Shown here: positions 11,885 to 26,080 of the stretch, piece after piece
Layout of the letters: every line of letters begins with the position of its first letter
How positions within the stretch are numbered: position 1 is the stretch's first letter
Source of the DNA: Octopus bimaculoides
Taxonomy: Eukaryota
Direction: 5' to 3'
NCBI RefSeq assembly: GCF_001194135.2
Contig: NC_068992.1
Span: forward strand, 55,845,341 to 55,909,340
Length of the DNA stretch: 64,000 nt
Translations under genes and position numbers: made by a program
The notes under the pieces: generated by a model
Seen by the model: only the letters and a program-made list of their open reading frames with translations
Told to the model about the DNA's origin: nothing
Database searches by the model: none

Positions 11885-14123
11885 GGTTTCTTTCAGTTTC
11901 CGTCACAGGTCCATTCACAAGGCTTTGGTCGGCTCGAACCTATAGTACAAAACATTTGCCTAAGGTGCCAAGCAATAGGACTGAACCTGGAACAATGAGG
12001 TTGGAAAGCGAACTTCTTACAATACTGCCGCGCCTGCTTGGTGAAATATAAAATAAGCAAAGATGTAAAAGTAGAAATGATGAGAATAATAAAACTATTG
12101 TTTTCTTCAATAATGAAATGAAAGAAAAATTTACTTGTTTCTATGATTTGGATTTTTAAAATTAGGCTTCTTTTTGATGGTAGAGGATTTTTGTTTGATT
12201 AAAAAAAAAGCAACAGCATTCATAATGTGATTTCTAGTGGATCACGACACCAGTTAGGAGAGGCCTGCTCAGGTGATGCTAAAAAGAGCTACGTGAAGCT
12301 AGGGAAATATTTGTACAGTTAATAATACATAAGAGAGAAAAGGAATCAGCGAACAACAATTTTAACAACCACTGTTTCGAATTAGGGTCGTCTGCTATTT
12401 ACTGCTGCTTCAGTTGCTGCCGTCTGCTTGTCTGTTGCTGCTGAGACTCAAAAATGTGGGGGAAAAAAATCAGTAAACTATCCCACGAATTTCCAGCTGC
12501 TGTTGCTGCTACTGCTGTTGCTGCAGTTGTTGTTGTTGTTATTTGCTTCTATAATTTTCACAGTGTCGTTAGTCACTGCGAATGATATATGCATTACATA
12601 TTAGATAGGACAAATCTATAGCATCGATCTTGCCTAATCAATAATGCGCAGGATTCAGCAGCGTTGAAAGCAAGTTCGTTTCCACTTTGTTGCAGAAATA
12701 ACTCTTCTTAGTCCAACAATCCAGGGTCTATTATATATAGCTGAAAAGTATGTTTAAATACTATTTGAATCGTTGAAATAAATATCTTCAGAATGATGTT
12801 TGCGCGTAAGGAATGCCTCAAGTTTATGTACACATTATACATTTAAAGAAAGCCTTCAAACTTCTCTGTTTCTACCTGCCTGCCTCTTTCTTCTCTCCCT
12901 CCCTCTCTCTCTCTCTCTCTTTCTTTCGTTCGTTATGTATTTATTAATTTCCCTACCTCTATGTCAGTTAGTTTTTTCTTTCATTCACTTCCCTTTTCGA
13001 TCTCCATCACACTTTCTCAATCAATTAATACTTTATTTATTTGCCTCTTGTAAATAATGATGAAAAGAATCAATTACATAAGTATTCGTTTATAACAAGT
13101 ATCCATGAGGTGATGACTATCCTCATTCACACAGAGACATGAGAAATGGGTGCTGCGACGTAAAGTAGTGTTTTCCTGACATAAATAAAAGAATAGATCT
13201 GTCTACATCACTGGGAATTAAAACTGGATTGCAGATTCGGTTCAGCCGGAAAGCATTCGCTTCCCTACTGCTGTATTTTTTTTTATTCATGTTAGTTCTG
13301 CATCGAGTTACAAAGACTCCCTTGTCCCTCTGAGCCATCAGAAATACAGTAAACTTATAATTAAGCCATATGAAAGCTCTGCCGACGCTGTTGTTCACCA
13401 GTTGTAATATAAAATAAAAACTTATTGAGAGCATTACATAATCAACTAAATACTGATGGTACAACGCCAATTTTCTGGAACCTTTGCTTCCAAGACCATT
13501 CCGGATTACAATTTTTCCGAATCAGTGGTAACTACACTCCAAATTAAACAAATGTTGAATTTACTGAAATAATTCAATGAAATGCAGCTACAGTAAGTCA
13601 GTATAAATGATACCAGTTTAATGTTGTACTGCCTAAGGTACCAGTAAACTAGTCTGGCGGCCGCTGGAATTTGAAGCTTCTGGTCTTGAATTAGCACAGA
13701 TTATAAGAGGTTCCGGACCATTAGTGTCCGAACAGTCGGTGGTTTATTTATATTGACCATACTGGAAAACTAATATGTTTTTCACATATGTTTCGTACTT
13801 ATTAAGATTATGAAATGACAAATTGGAAAGAATAAATACGATTAAAAAGAAACAAATCTTTAAAATTCAGTAACAACTTTTTGTTTTTTTTACAAAATAG
13901 AAGCCAGTGCGTTAAGTCTACTCAACAATAAACAACACAAAACTACTTACAAAACAAACACTAATTTATCTAATGACATAAATAGTGCCTGGTTTTGAGT
14001 TCAGTCTCACTGCGTGGCAACTTGGGTAAGTGCTGCTGCTGTAGCACTAGGCCAATCAATGCATTGTGAGTGAAATTGGTCGATGGAAACTGTGTGGAAG
14101 CCCGTCGTGAAAACACATGATTT

Positions 14124-14159
<36 letters not shown>

Positions 14160-14165
<6 letters not shown>

Positions 14166-14430
14166 AGAATTCACAAAAAAAAACAAAAGACGAAGACAGG
14201 TGGTGTAGAAAACAAACAAATGTATTAGTATAATGCTCGGGAAGTGAAAAAGTCTTTAACGTTTCGAGCCTACGCTCTTCCACAAAAAGAAACACAGAAA
14301 GAAACAAAGAGAGAAACACGGAGAGAAAAAAAAGAATATGTAATGGCTAGCGATCTATCATGGCGAATGCCGGACAGAAGGGTCACACAGGAGAGTAAGG
14401 AAGAAGGGGAGATAATAAAGCATTAGTGAT
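14160..14430 (-). mobile_element. Penelope-like terminal-repeat fragment
   Basis: Contains acgtttcgagcctacgctcttc (stem II-GAAAC half of a PLE-type hammerhead on -); related fragments near 24420, 40010 and 57480-57570. Confidence 0.4.
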
Positions 14431-15555
14431 CCCAAAACGAAGGTGCGCGTGCGTGTGTGTAAGAGAGTTCGTATGTGCGTGTGAAAGAGGGCTGGTGATC
14501 TTGACGTGTGCGTGTGTATATGTGTAGGTGTGAATATGTGGGGCTGGGAATTGGTCAGTGCTGGTGTGTTCGTGATGGTGTGTTGCGTGGTGGTGTGTTA
14601 CGATGTGATGTGCTGTGTGGTATGGTGTAGTGGTGTGTGGTGTGGTGTGATGGTGTTGGGAGGTAGGGGAGGCGAAAGTGGGGAAAGCAAGGTGGGGTGT
14701 GGGTTAGGTTGAGGGTGGGGATGACGGCGAAGTTAACCTCGGCGACCTTTTTCGCTTCAGAAGAAATGCTGCTAGGCATATTTCCCGGCGCGGTAACGAT
14801 TCAGCCAAATCGCCCCTTAAGTTCGCTCTTTAATTTTTATGAAATATACGTATAAAGTATATTCGTATTGTGATACGAATATACTTTATATTTGTTTTTA
14901 TTATTTTTATTCTTACATCCAATTTTAATGCATGTTCAAGAAGATACACATTTTCGGTCAAACGCTGAAGATAAAACGTATTTTACTGATCGTTCCCGTT
15001 TGATCCAGTCTATTGCAGATATCTTAGTGCTGCCAACAAGAAGTAGAACGTATTGATTCTAATTCTAATACTGAAGATTTTGAGAGGCTGCTAATCTTGG
15101 TTACATGTTTGAGAGAAAAGTAGCTGAAATGATTCTCAGGAAGAAGATAACAGTTGATGAAGGAAACAATATTCAGGAAAGATCACAGAATTTTCTTCTC
15201 AATCTTTATAAAAGAGCTTAAACAATGCTTGCCGAAAAATTTTAACGTATTCGAGAACGGGAACTGTTTTTGCTTTTGTTTTCTATAGAAAATATTTCGT
15301 TTTTTTATGGAATTAATGAGTTTAATTTACGATGTTATACTGGTTTCAAATTTTCGCACAAGGCCAGCAATTTCAGCCGGATGGGTAAATCGACTACATC
15401 GACCTCAGTACTCAATTGGTGCTTATTTTATCGACCCCGAAAGGGATGAAAGATAAAATCGAACCTGGCGGCATTTGAACTCAGAGCGTAAAATCAGAAG
15501 AAATACCACTAAGCATTTTTTATCGGCGCGGTAATGATTCTGTCAGCTCCCCCAC

Positions 15556-15586
<31 letters not shown>

Positions 15587-17876
15587 CCCTAAATTACGAT
15601 GTTATATTAAGTGCTGAATTACAATGTAATAGTAGTTGGACTAATCACTACAAATTCAGAAAAAATTTGTACGGAATTTATTCATTTATTCATTTCAAGG
15701 ATATGACAGAAGGGAATGCCTTCAGAGATGTTGCAACATTTGTTTTAATTTCTTAATTTCACTTAATTCAGAGACTGAGGTAAAAAAAAAAAATATCCTT
15801 CAGCAACATGGACGTTATAAAAACAAAATTAAGATAACAAAGAAAAATAGAACGGGTAATAATGAAATGAAACTTGCAATTCTCGGAGTTATTCTCTGCT
15901 TAGAAATATTTCATGAAACGCCGTGATGAAATGTAAAAATTTAGCGTTTACCTGAAGCATTTTTAAGATTATCACACAATGGACACATCTAACTTTGAAG
16001 TAAGGTAATAGTAATGGAAATACTGACGGAGCAGTGGCGGCTCATGTATAGGAACTGCAGAACTGCAGCACCCCCTATTTTCACTCGATATTATCGATAA
16101 CATTCAATATAATGAGTCCTTTTTCCTTGAATTCTTTCTTCATACTTGTACATTATATAATCCTTAAGCTTAATGTCAGTAGCCATCCCCTAGTTTATGA
16201 AAAAAAATACAAAAATCCTCGTATAGAACTGTGCGCTTCACAGTTCCAGCGACACGGTGTTTGGCTGTTGTGCGCATACTCACATATCCGAGATAGGAAG
16301 CTTCACGCTAGGGAGAGAGAGTACTGTCGTTCACGCAGTGCCGGTGAAAGGTAGTGTTTCTTTTTGACTCCGCGTGTGTTGTTCTTAAAAACATGTTTAT
16401 ATTCTTGAATGTGATAAAGTGTAGAATTAGATTATATTTTCCTGCTTCCCGCTTCAGTGTTGCTGCTAGGATTTTTTAAATAGAGCAAATTCCCCGTCCA
16501 CCCACCCCCCTTATTTTGTTATTTAGGAGGGAATTTTTGAAAAACAAGGGGTAATTCGCGGTGGTTCGTAAGCAAGCTACTTACCACACAGCCACTCCTA
16601 CGCTTGTCTCTAACTATATATGAATAATGCAGTACTAGATAGACGAAACCAAGAAAAAAGTGAGTAGGTTGGTCATTTCTGGAATGCTTTTGATTACAAA
16701 CGTGCTCAATTTTTGCTTAACCTGAGGTTAAACAAAAATAACCACAACCACAACCACATAATAATTAACAGAGCATTTGAGCATTTATTCTGTTGATATC
16801 TCTACAGCTTCCAAATAAAGTCCTCGGGGATATCGCATCAGTTTTTCTGGTATTTATAGCGATTGTTTATTCAAAAGTACATTTATAATACTATTGAACG
16901 AATGCCAATTTATAAGTAAAAGAATATATGTAAATATATATAAAAAAGAAAACTGATATATTCCGTTTGTTCGATCCGGAAATTATGAGAATTAGCCTTA
17001 CTCCATAATTAATTACAACACATCTTTCATTGATAATTAGTCTAAGTAGCTTTAATTTCCAATATTCTGACATTATTCTTTCCTCGATTTCTAAACGAAG
17101 TTTATATACAATGTTATATATACACTATGTCCATCAACCTGCATTGAATTACTCGTTCTAATACATTTAATGAGACTATGATCCCAATCAAACGTTAATT
17201 CTTATCCATTGAAAGACCCTCCATGAAATGTTAATTTTTTTCACTTTCACGACGCACCAATTTGTTTCCATTTTTTCTTTTCTTTTCTTTTTTTTTCGTT
17301 GTCCTTTTTTTTCTTTTTTACCTGATTAAATCTTCTTCCATTTAGCAGATTATCCTAAATTATCGACTTACAATCAAGTGTTAACCCATTTCCATTTAAT
17401 CCTTCATAGACCCATTATAACAACACAACACAACCAAATATGCTAGCCTCTATGCGGTCATTGAACTTGCTAGAAATGGCAGCCAAAACTCCTATCACAA
17501 TGCTTCTCAAATGGTGAATCGCTCAGGACATCAACGTTAAACACGGACTATTTTAAATATAATTTAAGGCTTTATTAGAAAATCCATTCTGACGCTTGAA
17601 TGTCTTGCAAAACATGTTATTCATAATTCTGTTACATACATACATACATACATACATATATANNNNNNNNNNNNNNNNNNNNNNNNNNNNNNNNNNNNNN
17701 NNNNNNNNNNNNNNNNNNTATATATTTGAAAAGCCTACAAGACTAGGTGAAAGCGCTAATTTACAAAACATGTGACATATGAATAAAAATCTGTAAATAT
17801 ACAACCATCCAGACATCTTAGTACCTGATTATTATTTTTTCTAATATATAATTCCTGTACATCACCTCCAAACCTT

Positions 17877-17889
<13 letters not shown>

Positions 17890-17911
<22 letters not shown>

Positions 17912-18800
17912 CGGGGTGGGGTACAATGAGGAGTTTTACTGCATTTTTGATTTTGAAAAGAAATATATTTTTTTTAAATGTTCACAACCTTACAAAAACA
18001 ATGACCTTCTCTAAATGCATTTCAAAACATTATAACATAATCTGAACCCTATTTCTGAACATTATCACGTTCTTTATGAGCATATCAAAGACAAATTTAG
18101 GTGGGGCAAATTGAGTAAGCCAAGATACGGTAAATTTTTCTCTTCAATTCTCCAGAATTATATTTGGAAAAAGACTCATACACACCAATATCCGTCGTTA
18201 AATCAGAAATGCTGCAAAAGTTTTAAAATCTAGGACAAATGAAAGAGGGTCAAGGGAAAGTGGCACATGATATAAAATTAACGAAACTCGACTAAATCAT
18301 AAAAACTCAACATAAAATATTCTCTATAGCTTCTTTACAATCTGCTAGAGTGGCTCTCTTCCCGCTATATTCACGCACGATGCAGTTAAAGAGAAGAAAT
18401 TACTGAAATTAGTAATGGCTCATTTTACACCATTTTAGACATCATTTTTTAAAATTTGAAAATTACCAAATTAGACATTAGTGTAGGAAGAAATTGACTT
18501 GAGATCCAACAGAGAAAAGAATATTGATTGTTCAATACCAAAAAAAATCCAGATAATTTGTTAACAATTACAATCGGGAGAAATTTGAGGAAAAATCTCT
18601 TGAAAAAAGAATTCATTTTAACATATGTTTCAAACTCTCTCGACTTCAACAACAGCAACAACTATGCTGGCCAATTTTCACTCCCAAAGATGATACAGCA
18701 CTTGCAAAGAAGCGGTTTCAAACAGGCAGAAAGAAAATAGGAAGTCAAATGTTGCTTCAAAGATGATACAATAATTTCAATGCAAAGATTTCAAATGAGT
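17890..18800 (+). mobile_element. Decayed Tc1/mariner-like transposon
   Basis: TA-preceded gcggggtggggtac end, homology to 5230-5780, degenerate transposase-like fragments. Confidence 0.5.
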
Positions 18801-18855
18801 AGGGAGAAAATGGCAAGAAATCAGGAATTACTCATTTTACCCCGGTTACTAATTT

Positions 18856-18889
<34 letters not shown>

Positions 18890-21774
18890 GCTGAGTATTC
18901 CTTCGTTGCCGAGTAATTTTCACAATCATCCCGTCTTTTTATATATCTGGATGGTCAAGGTTTCAAAGCTCAATCGGATATCAGACAAAATGCCGCACAC
19001 ATTAGACCGGATATCTTGCATATCGGTCCCAGCTCTTTGTGTTCTGAGTTCAAATTCCCACACAGTCTTCTGAGGTGGCAGACTAAAACCATCGGCCGCT
19101 TTAACATACCCTCTTGGATACCTTTAGCCGAATCCCCTGCCGGGGCCTCTTGGAACTTTAGGTGTTTTTCCCTCAATAAACACTCACAATGCCCGGTCTG
19201 GGAATCGAAGCCGCGATCCTACAACCGCGAATCCGCTGCCCTAAGCACTGGGCCATTGCACCTCCAATGTAGGAAGTAGGTGTCAGAGCAAGGTGTCAAA
19301 GCATGTTAAATCACATAATTGCTAATATGACATTATTTATACAACTGTGCGCAACATAGTATAGCAATAAGCTTGAGCATCCGTTTATTTGTGATGATAT
19401 ATGATGATATAAAGATATATGATGATATAAAGTTTCGTTTCTGATCTGTCCTCTCTATAATTCTTTCCAAATTTGACACGAGGACAGCTATTTTGTGGAG
19501 GGATATAAGTCGATTACATCGACCCCACTACTCAAAGAGTACTTCCTTTATCATCCCCGAATGGATGAAAGACAAATTCGACCTCGACGGCATTCGAACA
19601 AGGAACATAAAAGTGGAAGAAATGCCGCTAAGCATTTTGTCCGGCTAGTTGGCCACTCTATTTGTTCTCACTATAATAATGCTTTGTTTGGAACGGGGTA
19701 TACTTGCTGTGTCATGTGATTCTACTTGATAACCACGTGAGCCAGCGATCTTCAAACTGATACATACCACCCTCACTTAATCCTCACGGCAAAAAATATT
19801 AGTTTCAAATTTTGGTACAAGACCAGAAATTTCGTGGGGAAGTGGTAAGTCGATTGCATCAACTAGTACTTATTTCATCAACCCCGATGAAATAAGTGCT
19901 CAACCATGAAAGGATGGATGAAATGCCGCCAAGTATTTTTTCCCGGCGTGCTAACAGTTCTGCCAGCTCGCCGTCCTTCACCACATAAAATATATGTGAA
20001 ACGTTTTGATCCGCCATTCATTATAAACGAGAAAACGAATTAGAGTCTGCATCCATGAAATGCTTCTCTAAATATAGGCCCCTCTGATTTCTTAAAATTA
20101 TGACTAAAAAAAAGTCTTAGTTCTATTAAATTGGGAAATTTGTCTGCCATTTTTTTTTTCAAACCTCACAGCCTTTCTTTATGGTAACCACTAACGTGAA
20201 TGATGCTCGGAAGCGTGACTGGGAGCTCAATGGAGGAATGACTTGTCTATGGGGTTAAATAAAGGTTCAGAGTAGTAAAGGCGTTTGCGATAATAGTTAT
20301 ACTATAGTATTACTTGGCTGGATACAGCAAACAGAAAGAGCGAGAGAGACTGCAATAAACAGACTTAGACAATGATTACTTATCAGACTTGTTATAATAG
20401 CAACGAGGCTTGGGATGAACTAATTGATGACAAAGACAAATTAGCATTGTATGAATGCTAAATCATCATAATAAACAGCGGACTTGTCATAACTCATTTG
20501 CAGGAAAGATTTAGTTTTAATGCGTAAAGTACAATACTGCTATTTCCTGTTATAGTTTGCTAGTCTACACTTTAAAACAACCAGCGTTAGTATTATCAAA
20601 TGAAGTGATGATATGCATATATATATATATATATATATAACGAACTAGCAGAATCGTTACCACGCTGAGAAAAATGCTTAGCGATATTTGGTCCGTCCTT
20701 ACGTTCTGAGTTCAAATTCCACCGAGGTCAACTTTGCTTCTAGCCTTTCGAGGATGAAAGCAAAGTTGAGCAATGGGGTCGATGTAATCGACTTAACCTC
20801 TCCCCTAAACTTGCTGGCTTTGCGTCAAAATTTGAAACATAGATATATATATAAACATCCAAATTGAGGGGATGGAACGGGTATAGTGCTGACTAGCTAG
20901 CTGATCCTCTGATGTAATAATTACTCAACGAGCAGTACGCAACTTAGCTAATCCCCAGGCCGAGAATAACTTAATTAAATGAAGGTTACATTGTCGCTTG
21001 GGATTTCCAATTTTACGTATATTATAACTAATGAAATATTTCATGTATTATAAAACAAATGAGTTAAAAACTGTTTGGTATGTGTCACAGCGCCTTCGTC
21101 TTTTTTTATGTGCTCGCTCCCACAAACTTTAGATCATGGCTACGCCTATGCAGGCACTTACAACTGTAATCGGATCTATTCGGTATATACACTCCCCTTT
21201 CAAATTCTGGATTCGTTCCAATGTAAAGAAATCAATAGATTTCCTGTGTTATCCAAGACCCCTACTTTTAACAGTTACTGTATAAATATCCCAGTATTTT
21301 TATCGTCTGTTGAACGGTCCCTTCTAAGCATCATTGTTGTAAATCAATAAGCACACAAATCTTACAGTCTGATCTTAATTCCTACTAAATCAATAGATTC
21401 GTTGAGTTCCAGTGAAAATAGTTGTCTGTCATTTGGAATTTTCGCCTTTGTTAAAATGAAATAAAATAAATGGCGTTCTTTCGGAGAAAGTTTCCGCAAA
21501 ATTTCCGTAAAAATTTTTTGTTTCTCTTTTTTTTTTTTTTTCCAGCTCGAAGCAAAATGCCAAAGATAGACAACACGCTGCAAACCTGCAGCACTTTCCT
21601 TGCTTGAAGATTTTGCAGCAGAACTTACGCACCAAACATAGGAAGAATCAGCCATGAGAGAAGCTGCAGGAAGAAGACTACGAGGACCTAATTAAGACAT
21701 TCTCCACTGCTTAGACCGTCTGTCAAAACGTAAAAAGCCATGTGTATGTATGTATGTGTGTATGCATGTATATT

Positions 21775-21808
<34 letters not shown>

Positions 21809-22039
21809 TGTATGTATGTACTCTTTTACTTGTTTCAGTCATTTGACTGCGGCCATGCTGGAGCACTGCCTTTAGTCGAGAAAAATCGACCCCAGGACTT
21901 ATTCTTTATAAGCCCAGTTCTTATTTTATCGGTCTCTTTTTGCCGAACCGCTAAGTTACGTGGACGTAAACACACCACCATCGGTTGTCAAGCGATGTTG
22001 GTGGGACAAACACAGACACACAAACACATACACATACAT

Positions 22040-22250
22040 ATATATAGGAAATTATGAGAAAAGTGACTACGGAGGTCCATAGCATTCTAGAGAAGGCGTT
22101 CCAGAGGTGTTACCAACAACGGCAGATCCGCTGGGAGAAGTGTGTGAACTACCAAAAGGAGAATTTTAAGGGCGATTAAATAAAATTTGTGAAATGCACA
22201 ATTTTTTTTTTCAAGCCCAAAGGTCGGATACGTTTTGAACGCACTCCCTA
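22040..22250 (+). mobile_element. Mariner transposase 3' end relic
   Basis: LEKAFQRCYQQRQIRWEKCVNYQKENFKGD* followed by a TIR-like end. Confidence 0.65.
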
Positions 22251-22440
22251 TTACAGGTAACGTTTCAAATTTGACTTTTTTTTTTGTCTCAGATGAAACT
22301 ATCTCATCCCACTTTCATTCTTCCACCTTAACCCCTACATAGGCACCAGACCACACATTTTAGATAAACATGAGTATTTCCTATTTTGTAAGTTTTTACT
22401 TTCTTTTTTTACATCCAATAGCAAAGACCCATTAGTGAGA

Positions 22441-22661
22441 TACGAGGGGGTACTGAAAAGTTTCTGGGTTTAAGGGTCTTGCGAAAGGCCTGGCTGGAGG
22501 TCCAACCTTCCGAGTTCTTTTACGGGGCTTAGGAAAACCGAAGGACCGCTGCAATCAGTGTACGGATCTGAGAGAGGAATATGTTGAATAAAATCATAAT
22601 TAACTGATCCCCCTATATTTTCATTTATCCAAAGCCAGGAACCTTTCAGCACCACCTCGTA
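22441..22661 (+). mobile_element. About 220-bp mariner-derived MITE
   Basis: TA at both ends; imperfect TIRs tacgaggggg(t)actgaaaagtttctgg / ccaggaacctttcagcaccacctcgta; internal RCNQCTDLREEYVE* transposase tail. Confidence 0.85.
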
Positions 22662-23401
22662 GCTTATGACCATACGGGAATCTTTACAAAGGTGGCGCAT
22701 TAGCAGAGTCGTTAGAACGCTGAATAAAATGCCAAGCAGTATTTGTTCTGATTCTCCACATTCTGGTTTCAGACCCCTCCGACATCTGCTATCTTGCTTT
22801 TTATTCTTTCAGAGTCGATGATAAAGAAAAGGAGGTTGGGGCCATTGGTCTCCAGTGTGTTTGGTATGAGGAGACGGCGTCATTCAGCCTCTTTTTCAGC
22901 CTAGCCTTTTTTTTATGTCATGAGAGAAGGTTGTGTAGCCGAATGACGTCGTGTGCCAATCCCGAAGGATTACCAAAAGGAGTGGACTTTCAGAATAACT
23001 ATCCCACAGAAATTGGAAATTCTCCGTTCTTGGTCGGAATTTTTACAATTTTTTAAAGAATTTCTGACTGCACCCCCTCCCCCATCATCTGCATCATTAT
23101 CATCACCATCATCATCATGGCATTCGCAACAGTACCCACCACTAAAATTTGTTTAGTTTCGGGGATTTTTTAGGGTTTTTTTGTNNNNNNNNNNNNNNNN
23201 NNNNNNNNNNNNNNNNNNNNNNNNNNNNNNNNNNNNNNNNNNNNNNNNNNNNNNNNNNNNNNNNNNNNNNNNNNNNNNNNNNNNNNNNNNNNNNNNNNNN
23301 NNNNNNNNNNNNNNNNNNNNNNNNNNNNNNNNNNNNNNNNNNNNNNNNNNNNNNNNNNNNNNNNNNNNNNNNNNNNNNNNNNNNNNNNNNNNNNNNNNNN
23401 N

Positions 23402-23742
23402 ATAGGACCGCGGTTTCGATTCCCAGACCGGGCGTTGTGAGTGTTTATTGAGCGAAAACACCTAAAGTTCCACGAGGCTCCGGCAGGGTATGGTGGCGAA
23501 CCCTGCTGTACTCTTCCACCACAACTTTCTCTCACTCTTACTTCCTGTTTCTGTTGTGCCTGTATTGCAAAGGGGCAGCCATGTCACACTGTATCACGCT
23601 GAATATCCCCGAGAACTACGTTAAGGGTACAGGTGTCTGTGGAGTGCTCAGCCACTTGCACGTTAATTTCACGAGCAGGATGTTCCGTTGATCGGATCAA
23701 CTGGAACTCTCGTCGTCGTAAGCGACGGAGTGCCAACAACAA
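23402..23742 (+). mobile_element. tRNA-derived SINE family C, head lost in gap
   Basis: Aligns with the complete copy at 40095-40475. Confidence 0.85.
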
Positions 23743-24164
23743 TTGTATTCCACATTCTGAAAAACTTGTAACTCGCATCTTTTACTTTAAAATTCTTAGC
23801 CCCTTCCTTCGTCGTATCATTCCCTACTAAAATGACTTTTTGTTTTGCTAGCTTTTTTATTTTTCTTCCATTATCATTTTTTTTTCGTACTTTTGTCAGT
23901 CTGTAAGAACATTTTTTCTTCTGTACGACATAAAAATTACATTATGAGAAAAACAAGATTAACACTTATCTGATTTTATCAGTATATGCGTTAATATAAT
24001 TGAATTTTACATACCTTTTCTTCTTTTTTTTTTTCGTTTGCAGCTACCACACGAGACAAATTCAAACAGAAAGAAAGAAACAGTTTTACTGAGGATAAGA
24101 CGCTACGACAAACTGTAACTGTGATAGACAGAAGGGAGAAAACAAGATAGATTTCTATTTTTTT

Positions 24165-24498
24165 ATATTCTACTTGTTTCAGTCATTAGACTGCGGCCTT
24201 ACTGGAGCACCGTCTTGAAGAATTTTTAGCCGAATGAATCGATCCCTGTATTGTTTGTTTTTTTTTTTAAAGCTGGTAATTATTCTATCGGTTAATTTTG
24301 CCGGACTGCTAAGTTACGGGGATGTAAACACACCAACACAGGTTGTTAAGCAGTGATGGTGAACAAATATAGACACACACACACACACACACACACACAT
24401 AAATACAAGCTAAAACACATGCATGTTGTTCCCTCACTTGTCTTCGTCTTTTGTTTTCTGTAAATTGAATAAATATATAGCACACACACACACACACG

Positions 24499-24545
<47 letters not shown>

Positions 24546-24725
24546 ATATATGCACACACGCATAATGGGTTTCTTTCAGTTTCCGTCTACCAAACCCACT
24601 CACAAGGTTTTGGTCGGCCCAAGGCTTTTAGTAGAAGACACTTGCCCAAGGTACCACGCAGTGGAACTGAACCCGGACCCATGTGGTTAGGAAGCAAACT
24701 TCTTACCACACAGCCACGCCTACGA
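24165..24725 (-). mobile_element. Full-length SINE family B with an internal microsatellite and a small inserted fragment
   Basis: tRNA-like head at 24725, ccttgggcaagtgtctt segment, internal (CA/TA)n, A-rich tail at 24165. Confidence 0.8.
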
Positions 24726-25824
24726 CTATCTTTTTTTATCCTATTATATTTTTCTTTAATTAAAAGATATTCTTTTCTACATTTTAAGCGACTGAGATTC
24801 TCGTTTGATTGATGCTTATTTTAAAATTCCAATTTTGTTTTTCATATTTAATATGTCCTTCCTTCTTTTTCTGCTTCTTTAATATGCTGCACGATAATCT
24901 GATAGAATTTGACTGCTATATTTAGCAGGTTTAGTGATAACGAGTTGGTTTTGTTCAGAGGCTTTTTGGTCCATCGTCGAACACCGTTTCTGTGTGAGGT
25001 GAGAAAGTTGGTTTTGGTTATTTCAGGAATCGTTCGATAGATTAATCTGCCAACAGACAAAATCCTGGCAGTTAATGAAATTAATTACGCAGAATATTAA
25101 TATTGTTTACATGAGAGAGAAAATAACAACAGAAATAACTTTATGTAAAGAGAATATACCTCAATGGTTGAGCATTTGACTGAATATCGATAAATGCCTA
25201 TGCGCTCTTTCTGCTTTTTACGGTTCTTTTTCTGTTCACTTCTGTTATTTTGTGTTTTATCCTGTTTACTATTAATGCATAATGCCTTATGTAATGGCTT
25301 GTATTTATGCATTACATTGTGTAACACTATTTTTATCCTTGGGTAATAACTGTTATTTCCCATTTGCTTACACCTAGAAAGTATTATTTTTTTAAATAGC
25401 TATTTCCTTCAAACTTTGCTTTTGTTACGATATTTATTCAAACCCCGAAGAATCCCTCTCAACACATGACTACGATGCTCCCCCACCGCTCCTGCTCATG
25501 ATCAGAGATGCACATATTGTCAGCCATCAAGGGACATGCACTCAAGTGGTTAAGGTCAAGCAACTGAAAAGCAAATCTGTGGTATTGAGCAGAATATTTG
25601 CAATAATAATAGTTCTGCTTCAGCTATTCAGTGCTGAATCTGTCTGAAATGTAATGGAAAATAGGTCCCTTTCAAAACAGTAATGTCCCGGTCACGAATT
25701 TTTTTCCCACGAGAATTCCGGACCCCAGTAATGAACTAATTTGCATACAGTCAATCAGAGCTCACCTTGACTTTGTGAAGTTAACAAAGGAGGGGACAAG
25801 CACCTCCACCCAGCTAAGCCTGCA

Positions 25825-25867
25825 TCCAGAGACATGTTTCTGAGTCTTTGCTCGTCATCAGTCTGGA
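25825..25867 (-). ncRNA. Minimal type I hammerhead ribozyme motif, family 1 copy A
   Basis: UCCAGA CUGAUGA C-GAG-CAAAGA-CUC-A GAAAC AU GUC^ UCUGGA, palindromic ACAUGU stem III. Confidence 0.75.
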
Positions 25868-26037
25868 GTAGCAATGGCCTGCTAGTTGGAGATGTTTACG
25901 AGAGCCTGACACATTTCTCTCTGAGAGATTTAGAAATGTATTATTTCTATTTTTGAAATCAGTGAATGTGTTTCACTAGAATTATTATATGTTTACAAGA
26001 GCTTGACAGGCATCTCCAACTAGCAGGCCATTGCTAC

Positions 26038-26080
26038 TCCAGACTGATGACGAGCAAAGACTCAGAAACTAGTCTCTGGA
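26038..26080 (+). ncRNA. Minimal type I hammerhead ribozyme motif, family 1 copy B
   Basis: UCCAGA CUGAUGA C-GAG-CAAAGA-CUC-A GAAAC UA GUC^ UCUGGA: 6-bp stem I, intact core, palindromic ACUAGU stem III. Confidence 0.75.

Noticed and set aside
13123-13697. Two hydrophobic minus-strand ORFs resembling a membrane protein
   Set aside because: They are in different frames separated by stops, have no recognisable motif or convincing splice sites, and hydrophobicity is expected from T-rich DNA
14255-14285. GAGC-GUAG-GCUC GAAAC GU (minus strand), and a similar half at 57557-57567
   Set aside because: Stem II-GAAA half of a Penelope-type hammerhead without CUGANGA; not a complete ribozyme
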